Below are positions 11,232-20,899 of a stretch of 64,000 nucleotides of DNA, piece by piece. A model generated the notes under the pieces. The model searched no databases and had not been told where the DNA came from. It saw only the letters and a program-made list of their open reading frames with translations. A program made the translations under genes and the position numbers. Position 1 is the first letter of the stretch. Every line of letters starts with the position of its first letter. Source of the stretch: Planctomycetota bacterium (lineage in GTDB: Bacteria; Planctomycetota; UBA1135; UBA2386); contig OZ245838.1 of assembly GCA_965228735.1 (NCBI GenBank), positions 3,776,001-3,840,000 of the forward strand. Direction: 5' to 3'.

Positions 11232-14200
11232 CTACCAGAGCTTGTAGAGAGTCTTGAAGTTGCCACTCGAATCGAGCCGCAACAAGTCTCCATCGAGTTC
11301 GAAATGCGTCTCTCCAGCGTACGGCCCATCCGTGTAGCTTGTACGCTGCGAATTGGGATCATTGAATATCTCGTTAGCTCGATCTCGGTATTGCCGAGGG
11401 TCATCAAATCCAAACTCGTCTTTGTGACGGCCGAACTTCTTGCCGAACTGCTTATCGGTTCCGGAGAGACTTCGCGGCGGACAGTCTCCGGCATCACCGA
11501 TTGCTTTTGCCCGTGAATCCGCTCCACCACGCCCACCGGCTCTGGACCGCGCGCGCACCATCCGCACCGTGTCAAGGAGCTTGTCGAACGCCGGACCGCC
11601 AGCGGTAACAATCTCCCCCCAGGCATCGCCCGCCATCCGCGCGTCCGCGTTGGCCCTTGCAGTTGCAAGCGCTTGATGAGGCCCTGGAACCCAGCCAAGC
11701 ACTTCGTGATCCCCGAGGTCGGCAATGAAATTGGCCGCGTCGACCGGCTCTCTCATCATCGAACCTATGTAGGTGTCGTCGAGACCCCATGCAGTGGGCT
11801 CTGGTTCTGGCTGAACATCATAAACGACAACTTGCTCGTAGGTTCCCCAGTTGCCGGTTGAGGAGTGGTAGCGAACCGTAATAGAGAAATTGCCGCCCTG
11901 GACACTACCCTCGACTTGCAAACCAAGCCTATCGGCCAAGGTCAAGGGTGAGTTCACAGCGTAGGCATAGGAGTTTCCGCGCTGCATGGGATCACCCCAG
12001 ACACCAATGCGATCTGAGCTCATGAACCTCCCGTTATATGCAGCGTAGTAACGGTTTCTCCTGTATCCCAATCCCGTTTCCCCGTCGACCCGCATCATCT
12101 TCCATCCGAAGACGTTGCCAATCGCGCCATCCGAGCCTGGACGAGCAACGCCCGCCGCGGAGAAATGCGAGACAGCGCCGTACGGCCCGTACTCCTGGAT
12201 CTCCACGACGCCGCCAGCGTTATCGAGCAATCGCGACGGACAGTGCGCACCACCCTCCGCGACGAAGTACTCCGCAAATCCAGGTCCGGCCCCCGGCTCC
12301 CGGAAACGATAGGCAACCAACTCGTCGAGCTGCTCACCCCAAGCGAACTGTCGCTGCGGAACGACGCGAACGTTCGGGATGTCCGAGATCAGCTCCTCGG
12401 CCTCGTGCCAACCATCCCACGCATAGAAGAAGTTCTGGCCCGGTGTGCCGTTCGGAGCCGGCATGACGAAGCGTGCCACCCGCCGGTTTGACGGATCGTA
12501 CTGGTAGACCGCGACCAGGTGCAGCGTCGCCGATTCGGCACCGCCGAGACTCGAGCTCGAAGCCGTCGGAGAACTGCTGGCGCTGCTCGTGCGCCAGGCA
12601 CTCTGCGACGGGATCGACTCCTTTACGTACTCTCGAAAGAGCGGCTGTCGGCTTCGCCAGAGGACACCTGCCGCACCGCCCGGAACGCCGTCCAACATCC
12701 GATCCCTCGCATCCGCCAGAACTTGTTTGTTCTGAACAACGAACGGACCAGACGCAACCTCGTGTTCTCGAAGTGCAGCCAACGACGGCAATGACGTCGA
12801 CGCTGCCGAGGAAGACGTCGAGCCACCGGACATCGCCGACGAGCTCGTGTTCGTGTCGTCGCTAACGAGGAGGTAAACCTCCGACAGACGATTCAGTCCG
12901 TCATAGACGTAGTATAGGTTGCCGTCGAACGTCGTGTTCCCGCGCTCGTCATACGCAAACGTAACGCCGCCGACCGAGTTGTAGCGGTTGTCTGGGTTGG
13001 CAACACCCGGAGGGTCGCCGTCAACCGAGTACGCGGTCGTGGCAGTCGTTCCCGAAGAACTCAGGTAGTCCTGGACCTGGGAACGGTTGTTGGCCGCGTC
13101 CAGACCGTACGTGAGGCGCCGCACGAACGTACCCGTGCCCGGATTGGCCAGCTCCACACTGTCCGCGCCAAGCCAGGCGTCGACCAGTCGGTGATGCTCG
13201 TCGTATTCGAAACGATCACCGTCGGTGCCATCCTGCTTCTGATAGACCTCGCTGATCAGGTTGCTGGCGGCGTCGTAGTTGAACGCGACGTCCGCGTCGT
13301 GGGCCACCGTGCTGAACGACTGCTCGATCGCACTCATGCGGCCGTAGTCGTCGTAACTGTAGGTCGTGTCGAAGTTGTCGTTCGTGCCGCTGTCCCAGTG
13401 AGTCGTCCGCTGCCGAATGCGTGCACCATGGTGCACGTAGTCAGCGAGCGACCTCACCGTGGTGCCGCCGTCCGAACTCCATTGGAGCCCCGCGAGCCGT
13501 CCGACAGAGTCCGGGGTCGTGTAGAGTTCGAGGTCATCAACACCGCTGCCGAGGTTGTTGCGGTAGGCGACTCCCGTCCGAAACCAGTCGCCACCGCTAT
13601 ACGAACTCTCGACGTCGACCCAGTTGGTCGGTCCCCACGGCGGCGCCTCGTACCGGAACGACTCCTTGTGTGTGCGTCCGAGGGCATCGCGATCGTAGTC
13701 CTGCTCGAGGTACTTACCCGCGACGCCATTCAGACCGAAACGCGAGTAGCTGTGCGTGACCTGCCCTAGCGCGTCACGCTCGAGAATGTCGCGGCCGTAG
13801 TAGGCCGATACATAGTCCGAGTGGCCCGCTGTCACCGAGCGAACGACCAGTCGTCCCATGCCGTCACGATCCAACTGGATGTGCGCGTCGTCGCCCTGAT
13901 GAACGCCGATCACGCGCGACGCGTCGTCGTACTCGAAGAACTGCGAGAACGGCTGCGACGGGCTGATCGCGGTCGGCTCCGTGGACGCCCCGGGGTTCAT
14001 GACCACGGTCACGCGGCCGGCAAAGTCACGAATGGTCCGAGTCACGCGCCCACGCCCATCGGTGCGCACGATCTCTGAACTGTCGGACGCACCCGTCCAA
14101 TCGAGGTAGCGGGTCTCGTTCCAGATCGAGGCTGCGACCGTCGACGGCAAGTAGTGCTCGCGGATGCGGCCCATCGCGTCCGGCAAGTACTTGTGCACCT

Positions 14201-17200
14201 TGCCGGCCGGATCGGTGTAGCTCTCCGTAAAGCCCGAAGAGTAGTACTCGAACCCGTGGTCGAGCGAACTGCCATTGGGCCCGTCGCGCAACGTCAGCAC
14301 TCGACCGAGTGCGTCCCGCACGTAGACCTTCTGCCTCACGACGTGGCCGGGCCCACCCGACTTGAGGTCGTCCCAGTCGTGATGCTCGGTCCGCTCGACG
14401 AGGGCCGTGTTCAACGTGTAGAAGAACTCGACGAAGTCGCGCGAGCTTCCGGAGCCGCCTTGGTAGACCCTCTGCAAGCGCCCGAGCCCATCGAACGTTC
14501 GTTCGATGGATCGGCCACCAGGACCTGTTGTCAAAGTCGGCCGGGTGGCACCGGTCCACTGCGTCGTAAACGTCTGCGTCGCGCCGCCCGGATCCGCAAC
14601 TGTTCGGATGTAAGGGCGGCCGATCTCGTCATATGTCGTGGATCTGGTCGCATTCAGAGCATGGGGCGTCGCACCATCGCGAAAACGCTCCTCGATCATC
14701 TGCCCCATCACGTCCCAGTCGTACTCGCGCTTTGCGAACGCCGGCACAGCCATTCCTGCGAGCGGAGCGGAAACGCTCGGTTCGAGGACTTCCTCCACGA
14801 ACCCTGCGGCGTTTCGCGTGATCAGAGTCGCAAGGGCGTCAGAGCCCGTGTGACGGAACTCCTTGACGACTTCGAGATCGTCGTTGACGAAGAACTTGCC
14901 GAGCAAGAGCGCCGCGGCGCCGGTGCCGTCTCGCTCCGTCTTGTACAGTGACCCGTAGCCGTCATACGTGTACGATGTGGCGGAGCCGTTGGCGTGCGCC
15001 ACCTGCAGCAGCCAGCCATCCGCGCTCCACGTGTAGTCGACACGCGCAAACCTGGCATCAGGATCGTCCGCAACCGGATCCTGGGCATCTGCGTCCCGAT
15101 CGAGAGCACGCCGGTCCAAGAACGCCACGCGCAGCCGCCGACCCTCGTAGTGCCACTCGTTCCGCAGCCACTCCCGCGCAGCATCGCTGCGCGGCGTCGA
15201 ACCAAAGTCGTTTGGCGCCAATCCACCGTGAGTTCGGTTCTTGGTCTGCTGCACGACCAGGTTGCCGAAGCTATCGTAGAAGAAGCGGTCTTCGTGCAGT
15301 TGGCCGTTGACCGTGTGGGTCGTCTTCTTGAGTCGACCCGCGTCGTCGTACTCGAAGTCTCGAACGTGGGAGAGGGCCGACCCCGCACGCTCGGTGACTT
15401 GCAACAGTTCGCCGAGTGCGCTGATGGTCGTATTGGTCGTAACAGTCTCGCCACCTTCGTTGCGGACCACACTGGCAAGGTTGCCGCGAGCGTCGAAGTA
15501 GTACGTGTGCTTGACCCCGTCGGGATCGATCTCTAGCGAAAGCTGACCCACGAGCTTGGTCTGCCGGCCGCCGACCATCGGCGGCGCCGACGTCAAGAAG
15601 CACTTCTTGTGCTCGAGCTGCACCTGACTACCCAAGCCAGCGACCGTGACCGGTGGCAGGTCGACGGTGATCTCGGACGCCTTTACGCCCCATTCGGGGT
15701 CCACGCGGGCAACGTCGACGTAGGACCATGAAGTAACCGTCGCATCAGGATGCTCGATCGAACTAAGTCGATACTGGCCATACAAGTCGGTCGAGACTGC
15801 CGGGGCCCAGTTGTACTTCGTGACGGCAAAGCCCGCGGCGCCGCTCGGGTTTGGGGTTCGACTCTCCGTCATCAGACCCGTGATCGGGTCGTAATCGTAT
15901 TCCCACTTCCGCATGCTGGGCTCGTGAAGGACCTCCGACGCCTTACGACTGCACTGGCCACAGCCCGAGTACACGTAAGTCCGCTTCATGGACGTGGGGG
16001 CATCGAACCCGCCACTGTCAGGATCCGTGGACCGAGGCAGCTTGCTCGCCGGCGGCGTGGTTTCGATCGTCAATACTCGACCGTACTCGTCCAGCGTCCA
16101 GTCCTCGACCACGCCATCGTGATCGGTCCGAATCACTCTCGAGACCCGGTCGAACCCGGTCACGGGGGTGTAGACGAAGTCGTACTGTCGGCCGGTCATC
16201 GGCTGCACCTCTTGCAGTACGCGGTTCCGGCCGGCGACGTAGATGTACGTGTAGGTAACGATCTCCCCGCCGTCCGGAACCGGACCAGGCAGCACGCTGT
16301 CGGTGGTGTACCGGCGGATCTTCGTGATGTTGCTTGTACCGGCCAGGTACTCGTACTCGACGACGGGCAGTCGGCTGGAATCGGTCGCAACGTCGTACAA
16401 CGTTCCGTCGAGCAGCTGCGCTGAGGTCAGAGCATCGAGCGAATCCGCTGACGGCCGGTAGATCCGAAACAGCAGATCGCCTGCGTACGGCCTCGTGTTG
16501 CCAACGAGGTTGCCCTGCGCGTCGGTGCGCTTCTTGAAGAGGTGGTACTCGGTTCGCCCCAGGTCCAGATCGCCGTTCAGACGATCGACGTACTTGACCT
16601 CGACACCCGCGTAGTCGATCGAGGACCAGCCTTCCACCTGGGGCGTCCCCGGATCATCGATCCAGTCGGGGTCATAGTTCCAAAGCTGATCGACGCCATC
16701 CGCGCCGACGACACGTGAGACCCGACCGTCGGGGCCGTTGTATTCCCACGCGGTTCGATTGTCGTACGGATCGATTCGTTCGATCAGGCGGAACCGCTTG
16801 GTGCCGTTGATTGTGACTGCGAGTTCGTAGCGTTCGACAGTGCCGTCAACGTGCCTGCGCTCGAACGAATCAGGCTGATTGTCTGGTACGTGCGGGAAAT
16901 GGTAGAAGATGCCCTCGGAGTTCTTCCAAGCCACAGCAGCATGGCCACCACCTGAAGTGTCCAGATCCATGCTGTTGAACTTCAACTCGGCATGACCGCC
17001 CTCGGCTTCTCCGACCGGCGCGGTGATGCACGCGTTGCAGCCCGGGCAGCGGTCCTCGACAGGGCAAGGAGGAGGGGGGATATCCAGGAACACGACGCCG
17101 CCAGGAGAGGGTGGGTTCGGCTCGAATACGTTGCCGGGCTCCGGCCCGCCGAACACACTCCCCCCGATCGCGTAGTCCGACGAGTTGCAATCGCCATGGA

Positions 17201-17462
17201 CGTCGACCGTCGAGCCGTCTTTTGGCTCGCAGTCGTCGTCCTCGCCGGTTTCGTCCGGTGCCATCTCCGCCGACGTCTCCCCTCCCTGCGGCCGAAAATC
17301 CGGATGCATCGTCGCCGACGTCTGAGCACTGAGCCCACCCAAGCCGGCGGCGATGAACGCCACGAGCACGCACACCAATCCCCTACTTGCCAGCACGTTA
17401 TGCAGGCACCCAGCTAGAACGCGAGACGGAGACTCAACGATCGGTTTCGTAGTCATCATCAA
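11232..17462 (-). CDS. Rhs/YD-repeat polymorphic toxin with N-terminal signal peptide and putative colicin-D-like RNase tip
   Basis: Many YD repeats and an Rhs core (DGETGLGYRRNRYY...GRFMSSDRIG...YAYAVNSPLTLADRLGL). About 228 aa of lower-GC C-terminal extension ending KQFGKKFGRHKDEFG...LLRLDSSGNFKTLYK. Confidence 0.93.
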   Translation of the reverse strand: MMMTTKPIVESPSRVLAGCLHNVLASRGLVCVLVAFIAAGLGGLSAQTSATMHPDFRPQGGETSAEMAPDETGEDDDCEPKDGSTVDVHGDCNSSDYAIGGSVFGGPEPGNVFEPNPPSPGGVVFLDIPPPPCPVEDRCPGCNACITAPVGEAEGGHAELKFNSMDLDTSGGGHAAVAWKNSEGIFYHFPHVPDNQPDSFERRHVDGTVERYELAVTINGTKRFRLIERIDPYDNRTAWEYNGPDGRVSRVVGADGVDQLWNYDPDWIDDPGTPQVEGWSSIDYAGVEVKYVDRLNGDLDLGRTEYHLFKKRTDAQGNLVGNTRPYAGDLLFRIYRPSADSLDALTSAQLLDGTLYDVATDSSRLPVVEYEYLAGTSNITKIRRYTTDSVLPGPVPDGGEIVTYTYIYVAGRNRVLQEVQPMTGRQYDFVYTPVTGFDRVSRVIRTDHDGVVEDWTLDEYGRVLTIETTPPASKLPRSTDPDSGGFDAPTSMKRTYVYSGCGQCSRKASEVLHEPSMRKWEYDYDPITGLMTESRTPNPSGAAGFAVTKYNWAPAVSTDLYGQYRLSSIEHPDATVTSWSYVDVARVDPEWGVKASEITVDLPPVTVAGLGSQVQLEHKKCFLTSAPPMVGGRQTKLVGQLSLEIDPDGVKHTYYFDARGNLASVVRNEGGETVTTNTTISALGELLQVTERAGSALSHVRDFEYDDAGRLKKTTHTVNGQLHEDRFFYDSFGNLVVQQTKNRTHGGLAPNDFGSTPRSDAAREWLRNEWHYEGRRLRVAFLDRRALDRDADAQDPVADDPDARFARVDYTWSADGWLLQVAHANGSATSYTYDGYGSLYKTERDGTGAAALLLGKFFVNDDLEVVKEFRHTGSDALATLITRNAAGFVEEVLEPSVSAPLAGMAVPAFAKREYDWDVMGQMIEERFRDGATPHALNATRSTTYDEIGRPYIRTVADPGGATQTFTTQWTGATRPTLTTGPGGRSIERTFDGLGRLQRVYQGGSGSSRDFVEFFYTLNTALVERTEHHDWDDLKSGGPGHVVRQKVYVRDALGRVLTLRDGPNGSSLDHGFEYYSSGFTESYTDPAGKVHKYLPDAMGRIREHYLPSTVAASIWNETRYLDWTGASDSSEIVRTDGRGRVTRTIRDFAGRVTVVMNPGASTEPTAISPSQPFSQFFEYDDASRVIGVHQGDDAHIQLDRDGMGRLVVRSVTAGHSDYVSAYYGRDILERDALGQVTHSYSRFGLNGVAGKYLEQDYDRDALGRTHKESFRYEAPPWGPTNWVDVESSYSGGDWFRTGVAYRNNLGSGVDDLELYTTPDSVGRLAGLQWSSDGGTTVRSLADYVHHGARIRQRTTHWDSGTNDNFDTTYSYDDYGRMSAIEQSFSTVAHDADVAFNYDAASNLISEVYQKQDGTDGDRFEYDEHHRLVDAWLGADSVELANPGTGTFVRRLTYGLDAANNRSQVQDYLSSSGTTATTAYSVDGDPPGVANPDNRYNSVGGVTFAYDERGNTTFDGNLYYVYDGLNRLSEVYLLVSDDTNTSSSAMSGGSTSSSAASTSLPSLAALREHEVASGPFVVQNKQVLADARDRMLDGVPGGAAGVLWRSRQPLFREYVKESIPSQSAWRTSSASSSPTASSSSLGGAESATLHLVAVYQYDPSNRRVARFVMPAPNGTPGQNFFYAWDGWHEAEELISDIPNVRVVPQRQFAWGEQLDELVAYRFREPGAGPGFAEYFVAEGGAHCPSRLLDNAGGVVEIQEYGPYGAVSHFSAAGVARPGSDGAIGNVFGWKMMRVDGETGLGYRRNRYYAAYNGRFMSSDRIGVWGDPMQRGNSYAYAVNSPLTLADRLGLQVEGSVQGGNFSITVRYHSSTGNWGTYEQVVVYDVQPEPEPTAWGLDDTYIGSMMREPVDAANFIADLGDHEVLGWVPGPHQALATARANADARMAGDAWGEIVTAGGPAFDKLLDTVRMVRARSRAGGRGGADSRAKAIGDAGDCPPRSLSGTDKQFGKKFGRHKDEFGFDDPRQYRDRANEIFNDPNSQRTSYTDGPYAGETHFELDGDLLRLDSSGNFKTLYKLW

Positions 17463-18029
17463 CTAAAGGTCTGAAACCCCCTTTTCCCGCATCGCTCGGG
17501 AATACTGCCCGAACTGATCAAGAGCGCGACGCACCCTTTGGAGGGACCCCTCGACGCATCGCTCAGATCTGCCGCGGATCCGCGCGATTTCCGAGGTCTT
17601 GGTAACACCCTGCCGATAAAGGTCCAACGTGTGGCGCTCACCATCAGCGAGTCGGTCTCGCGTGGCAGCCACCCAATCGCGCAGTTCGGCCAGCTCCGAT
17701 GGAGTGGGATACGCATCGGCACGATCCTCAAGCCGATGATCCACGACAGTGCGTAGCTTGAGCGCGCGATGCGCCGACCGGACCTTGTTCTTCAGATACC
17801 TGCGCGACCAACGCATCAGGTCATCCGGCTCCGGCTCCGGCTCAGGGCCGAATCGGTCGAGCGCGGCGAGAACGGCCTCGGCAACTTCGTTCTCGATGTC
17901 CACGGCGGCGCTGCGACAGGCCGCTGGCTGCGTAGACTGCAACCATGCCGGGAGCCGTGTCCAAAACGCGACAGCACGAGGACTCAGGTCGGGGAACTCA
18001 GAGAACGTCGCATCCGGGGCAGGGATCAT
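17463..18029 (-). CDS. Divergent ECF-type sigma-70 factor
   Basis: Region-2-like DIENEVAEA...LMRWSRRYLKNK and region-4 HTH LADGER...SEIARIRGRSERCVEGSLQRVRRAL. Its stop abuts the Rhs start. Confidence 0.7.
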   Translation of the reverse strand: MIPAPDATFSEFPDLSPRAVAFWTRLPAWLQSTQPAACRSAAVDIENEVAEAVLAALDRFGPEPEPEPDDLMRWSRRYLKNKVRSAHRALKLRTVVDHRLEDRADAYPTPSELAELRDWVAATRDRLADGERHTLDLYRQGVTKTSEIARIRGRSERCVEGSLQRVRRALDQFGQYSRAMREKGVSDL

Positions 18030-18663
18030 GGAGGGGCCTTCTTCCGAAAGGGTTCACTCCTCGATACGTCACCCCCTTAAGCCCACCGCCCGAATCGCGG
18101 CTCGATCTCTTGGGACCGTTGCCCCAACGTTCCGCGAGTCAGGGACGTAGGTTCGTCAGCGAAAACTGGTTCGCATCCTGAAACGGGCCCACGAACAGAA
18201 TTGCGAACCGGATCGACTGGTTGAACTCCAGGGCAGCGGACCCTGGAACCCGAAACGGAACCGAGCACTCGAGCCAAGGGCACAACGGAAACGCGGACGG
18301 GAACGGTTCCAGGCGATACGTGAGGAGCCGGTTTGTCGACGAACACCCATGGCGAGTCGCCGCGACCTTAAGAACGCGATGCCTCGACCTGCATTCCCGC
18401 AAGTCGCTCGTTCGAATCACCCGTCGGGTGCCACGGTCGAGTTCGGACTCGGACGTCGCTCCAACGCTCCAACGCTCCAACGGCCGCGACGCTTCGTTCG
18501 AGCCGACGCCGTCCCATACCCCGGTAGTTTTGCGCTGCCACCACCCCGACGCCCGGCATCGCCGCCGCGACGAACCACGGCACTCGAACTGGCCTCACCA
18601 GCCAGGGAAATGCCGGACGCCAACCAAGGGGACGCACGAGGCGGCGCCCAGCAGGTTCTCAGT

Positions 18664-18963
18664 TCACGAAACCGTGCACGCGAATCGCCTCGCTCTCCAG
18701 TCGTCACGCGCCGAGCCCTTCGCAACGCGCAGCCGCGCCGGCGACGTCGCCCGTCGCGCTGGCCCGCCGACCGCCGCGCGCACGCTCGCTGATGGCGGGC
18801 GCGTATCGAAGGCAACGGTCGCACTCGCGTCGCCCGACTCGCGCAGGCTACGCAGTTCGGTCAGCACTCGAGCGTGACCGGCGGGATCGAAGGCCAGATG
18901 CCAGGCTCCCGACCCAGCAGCGGGCCCGGTGCCGCGCCAGCAGTAGACCTTGCCGTTCTGCAT
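18664..18963 (-). CDS. Small hypothetical protein, possibly degenerate
   Basis: ATG 18 bp after the SMI1 gene. Protein-like N-terminus GKVYCWR...WHLAFDPAG. Confidence 0.35.
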   Translation of the reverse strand: MQNGKVYCWRGTGPAAGSGAWHLAFDPAGHARVLTELRSLRESGDASATVAFDTRPPSASVRAAVGGPARRATSPARLRVAKGSARDDWRARRFACTVS

Positions 18964-18981
18964 CCGTCTGTGAGTAGCACC

Positions 18982-19398
18982 CTATCGCTGCAACCATCGC
19001 CAGGGCCTTTGGACCTCCTCGAACTGGAGATCGTCCGGATCCCACAACAGCAGCCGCATGTCGGGCTCCGGCGCGCCACAGTCGATCGCGAGTCGCCGGG
19101 AGTCGCCCCCCGCGTCCCCGATCGCGACGAATCCTGCCGGCCAGTCGGGATATCCGCGCATCACGTTCGTTTCGTACGCGATGTCGTTGCACGTTCGCCG
19201 CAGTCGCTCCGTCGTCGACTCATCGCGGATCGGGTGGAGCCAGATCTCGGTCTCGCATGTGCGCCCCGACTCCGGAGCCAGCACGACGAGGCCGCCGTTG
19301 CTCGCCATCATCCGCTCGCGGTAGCCGCTCGGCAGCGTGACGCCGAGCTTCCGTTCTGCCAGCGCGATCCAACGCTCTTCGACGGGTGGTTTGGCCAT
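18982..19398 (-). CDS. SMI1/KNR4 (SUKH) family immunity protein
   Basis: IALAERKLGVTLPSGYR..M...NGG and FVAIGDAGGD motifs. Confidence 0.85.
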   Translation of the reverse strand: MAKPPVEERWIALAERKLGVTLPSGYRERMMASNGGLVVLAPESGRTCETEIWLHPIRDESTTERLRRTCNDIAYETNVMRGYPDWPAGFVAIGDAGGDSRRLAIDCGAPEPDMRLLLWDPDDLQFEEVQRPWRWLQR

Positions 19399-19532
19399 GA
19401 CGTCGGCTACGACCACGGTACGCCGGCGGGCCGGAGGCGCTTTCTTCGGCAGCATCCTCCCCGGATCAGCGCCTGACGGTCTTGGCCAAACATCCGGTGT
19501 CATCGAGTTTTGGGCTTGAGCTTGCACTCGCA

Positions 19533-19576
19533 ATTAAAGGACTTGGCGGTTTTCTTTAATAACGAAGCCCGTTATT
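19533..19576. promoter_or_regulatory. AT-rich overlapping inverted repeats upstream of fic
   Basis: ATTAAAG-N14-CTTTAAT (19533-19560) and AATAACG-N5-CGTTATT (19558-19576). Confidence 0.4.
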
Positions 19577-19601
19577 CCGTTCTCGTGAACAAGGGCACGC
19601 C

Positions 19602-20762
19602 ATGCAACGAGGGCCGACCGGGACGTACGACATCCGCCGCTCCGGCCCGGAGTCCGTTCGCGCCTTCGTGCCCGCACCGCTGCCGCCCGTCCCGCCGCTC
19701 GACCTGACCGGCGCGGCACAACGCCTGCTGGAACGCGCCTACCTCGCGATCGGCCGGCTCGACACCGTCGCCTCGCTGCTGCCCGACCCGCACATCCTGC
19801 TCTACACGTACGTGCGCAAGGAAGCGCTGCTGTCGTCGCAGATCGAGGGCACGCAGTCGTCGCTGTCCGAACTCATGCTCTTCGAACTCGACGGCGCGGC
19901 CGGGAGCCCGGTCGACGACGTCATCGAGGTCTCCAACTACGTCGCCGCGCTCGAGCACGGCCTCACCCGACTTCGCGAAGGACTGCCGCTCAGCAACCGG
20001 CTGATCCGCGAGATCCACGCCCGGCTCCTCGCCCGCGGTCGCGGCAGTGAGAAGACGCCCGGCGAGTTTCGGCGAACGCAGAACTGGATCGGCGGCACGC
20101 GCCCGGGCAACGCGCACTTCGTGCCACCGCCGCCGGGGCGGGTCAACGAGTGTATGGGCGAACTCGAACGCTTCCTGCTCCAGGAGGACGATCTGCCGAG
20201 CCTCGTCCGCGCCGCGCTGGCGCACGTGCAGTTCGAGACCATCCACCCGTTCCTCGACGGCAACGGCCGCGTCGGTCGCCTGCTCATCGTGCTGCTGCTC
20301 TGCAGCGAGGGGCAGCTCAGTCAGCCGATGCTGTACTCGAGCCTGTTCCTCAAGCAGAACCGCAACGAGTACTACCGGCTGCTCGACGTCGTTCGTCGAG
20401 ACGGGGACTGGGAAGCGTGGATCGTGTTCTTCGTCGAGGGCATCCAGAAGACTGCCGACAGCGCGTTCGAGACCGCGCGACGGCTGATGGCGCTGTTCGA
20501 CGAGGATCGGCGCAAGGTGCAGTCTGCCGAACGCCGGGTCGGCGCCGCGCTGCAGGTGCACGAGGCGCTCAAGGCGCGTCCCGTCCACCGGCTGGGCGCC
20601 ATCGCCGAGGCCACGGGCCAGACGTTCCCGACGGTCGCGGCCGGGATGAAGCTGCTGATACAACTCGGGATCGCGCGCGAAGCGACGGGCAGGCAACGTA
20701 ACCGCGTCTTCGTCTACGATCGCTACCTCGACGAGCTCAACGAGGGAACCGAGAACATCTGA
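19602..20762 (+). CDS. Fic family protein (class II, with C-terminal HTH)
   Basis: Canonical HPFLDGNGRVGR motif and N-terminal inhibitory SSQIEG motif. Confidence 0.93.
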   Translation: MQRGPTGTYDIRRSGPESVRAFVPAPLPPVPPLDLTGAAQRLLERAYLAIGRLDTVASLLPDPHILLYTYVRKEALLSSQIEGTQSSLSELMLFELDGAAGSPVDDVIEVSNYVAALEHGLTRLREGLPLSNRLIREIHARLLARGRGSEKTPGEFRRTQNWIGGTRPGNAHFVPPPPGRVNECMGELERFLLQEDDLPSLVRAALAHVQFETIHPFLDGNGRVGRLLIVLLLCSEGQLSQPMLYSSLFLKQNRNEYYRLLDVVRRDGDWEAWIVFFVEGIQKTADSAFETARRLMALFDEDRRKVQSAERRVGAALQVHEALKARPVHRLGAIAEATGQTFPTVAAGMKLLIQLGIAREATGRQRNRVFVYDRYLDELNEGTENI

Positions 20763-20899
20763 GTGCGGAGCAGGTCAGCGCCCGGTCGCGTCGCGCCAGC
20801 CGGCACCACCCACCACCTCGCTCGCCGAAAGCCGCGATCGGAATCGCCAGTAGACGACCAGCGCAACGAGCGCCGCACGGCAGCGCTTCCGCAGCGACA

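Noticed and set aside
18030..18660. Overlapping short ORFs and a (CGCTCCAA)3 microrepeat at 18457-18482
   Set aside because: No coherent protein signal. The repeat has no spacers and is not CRISPR-like.
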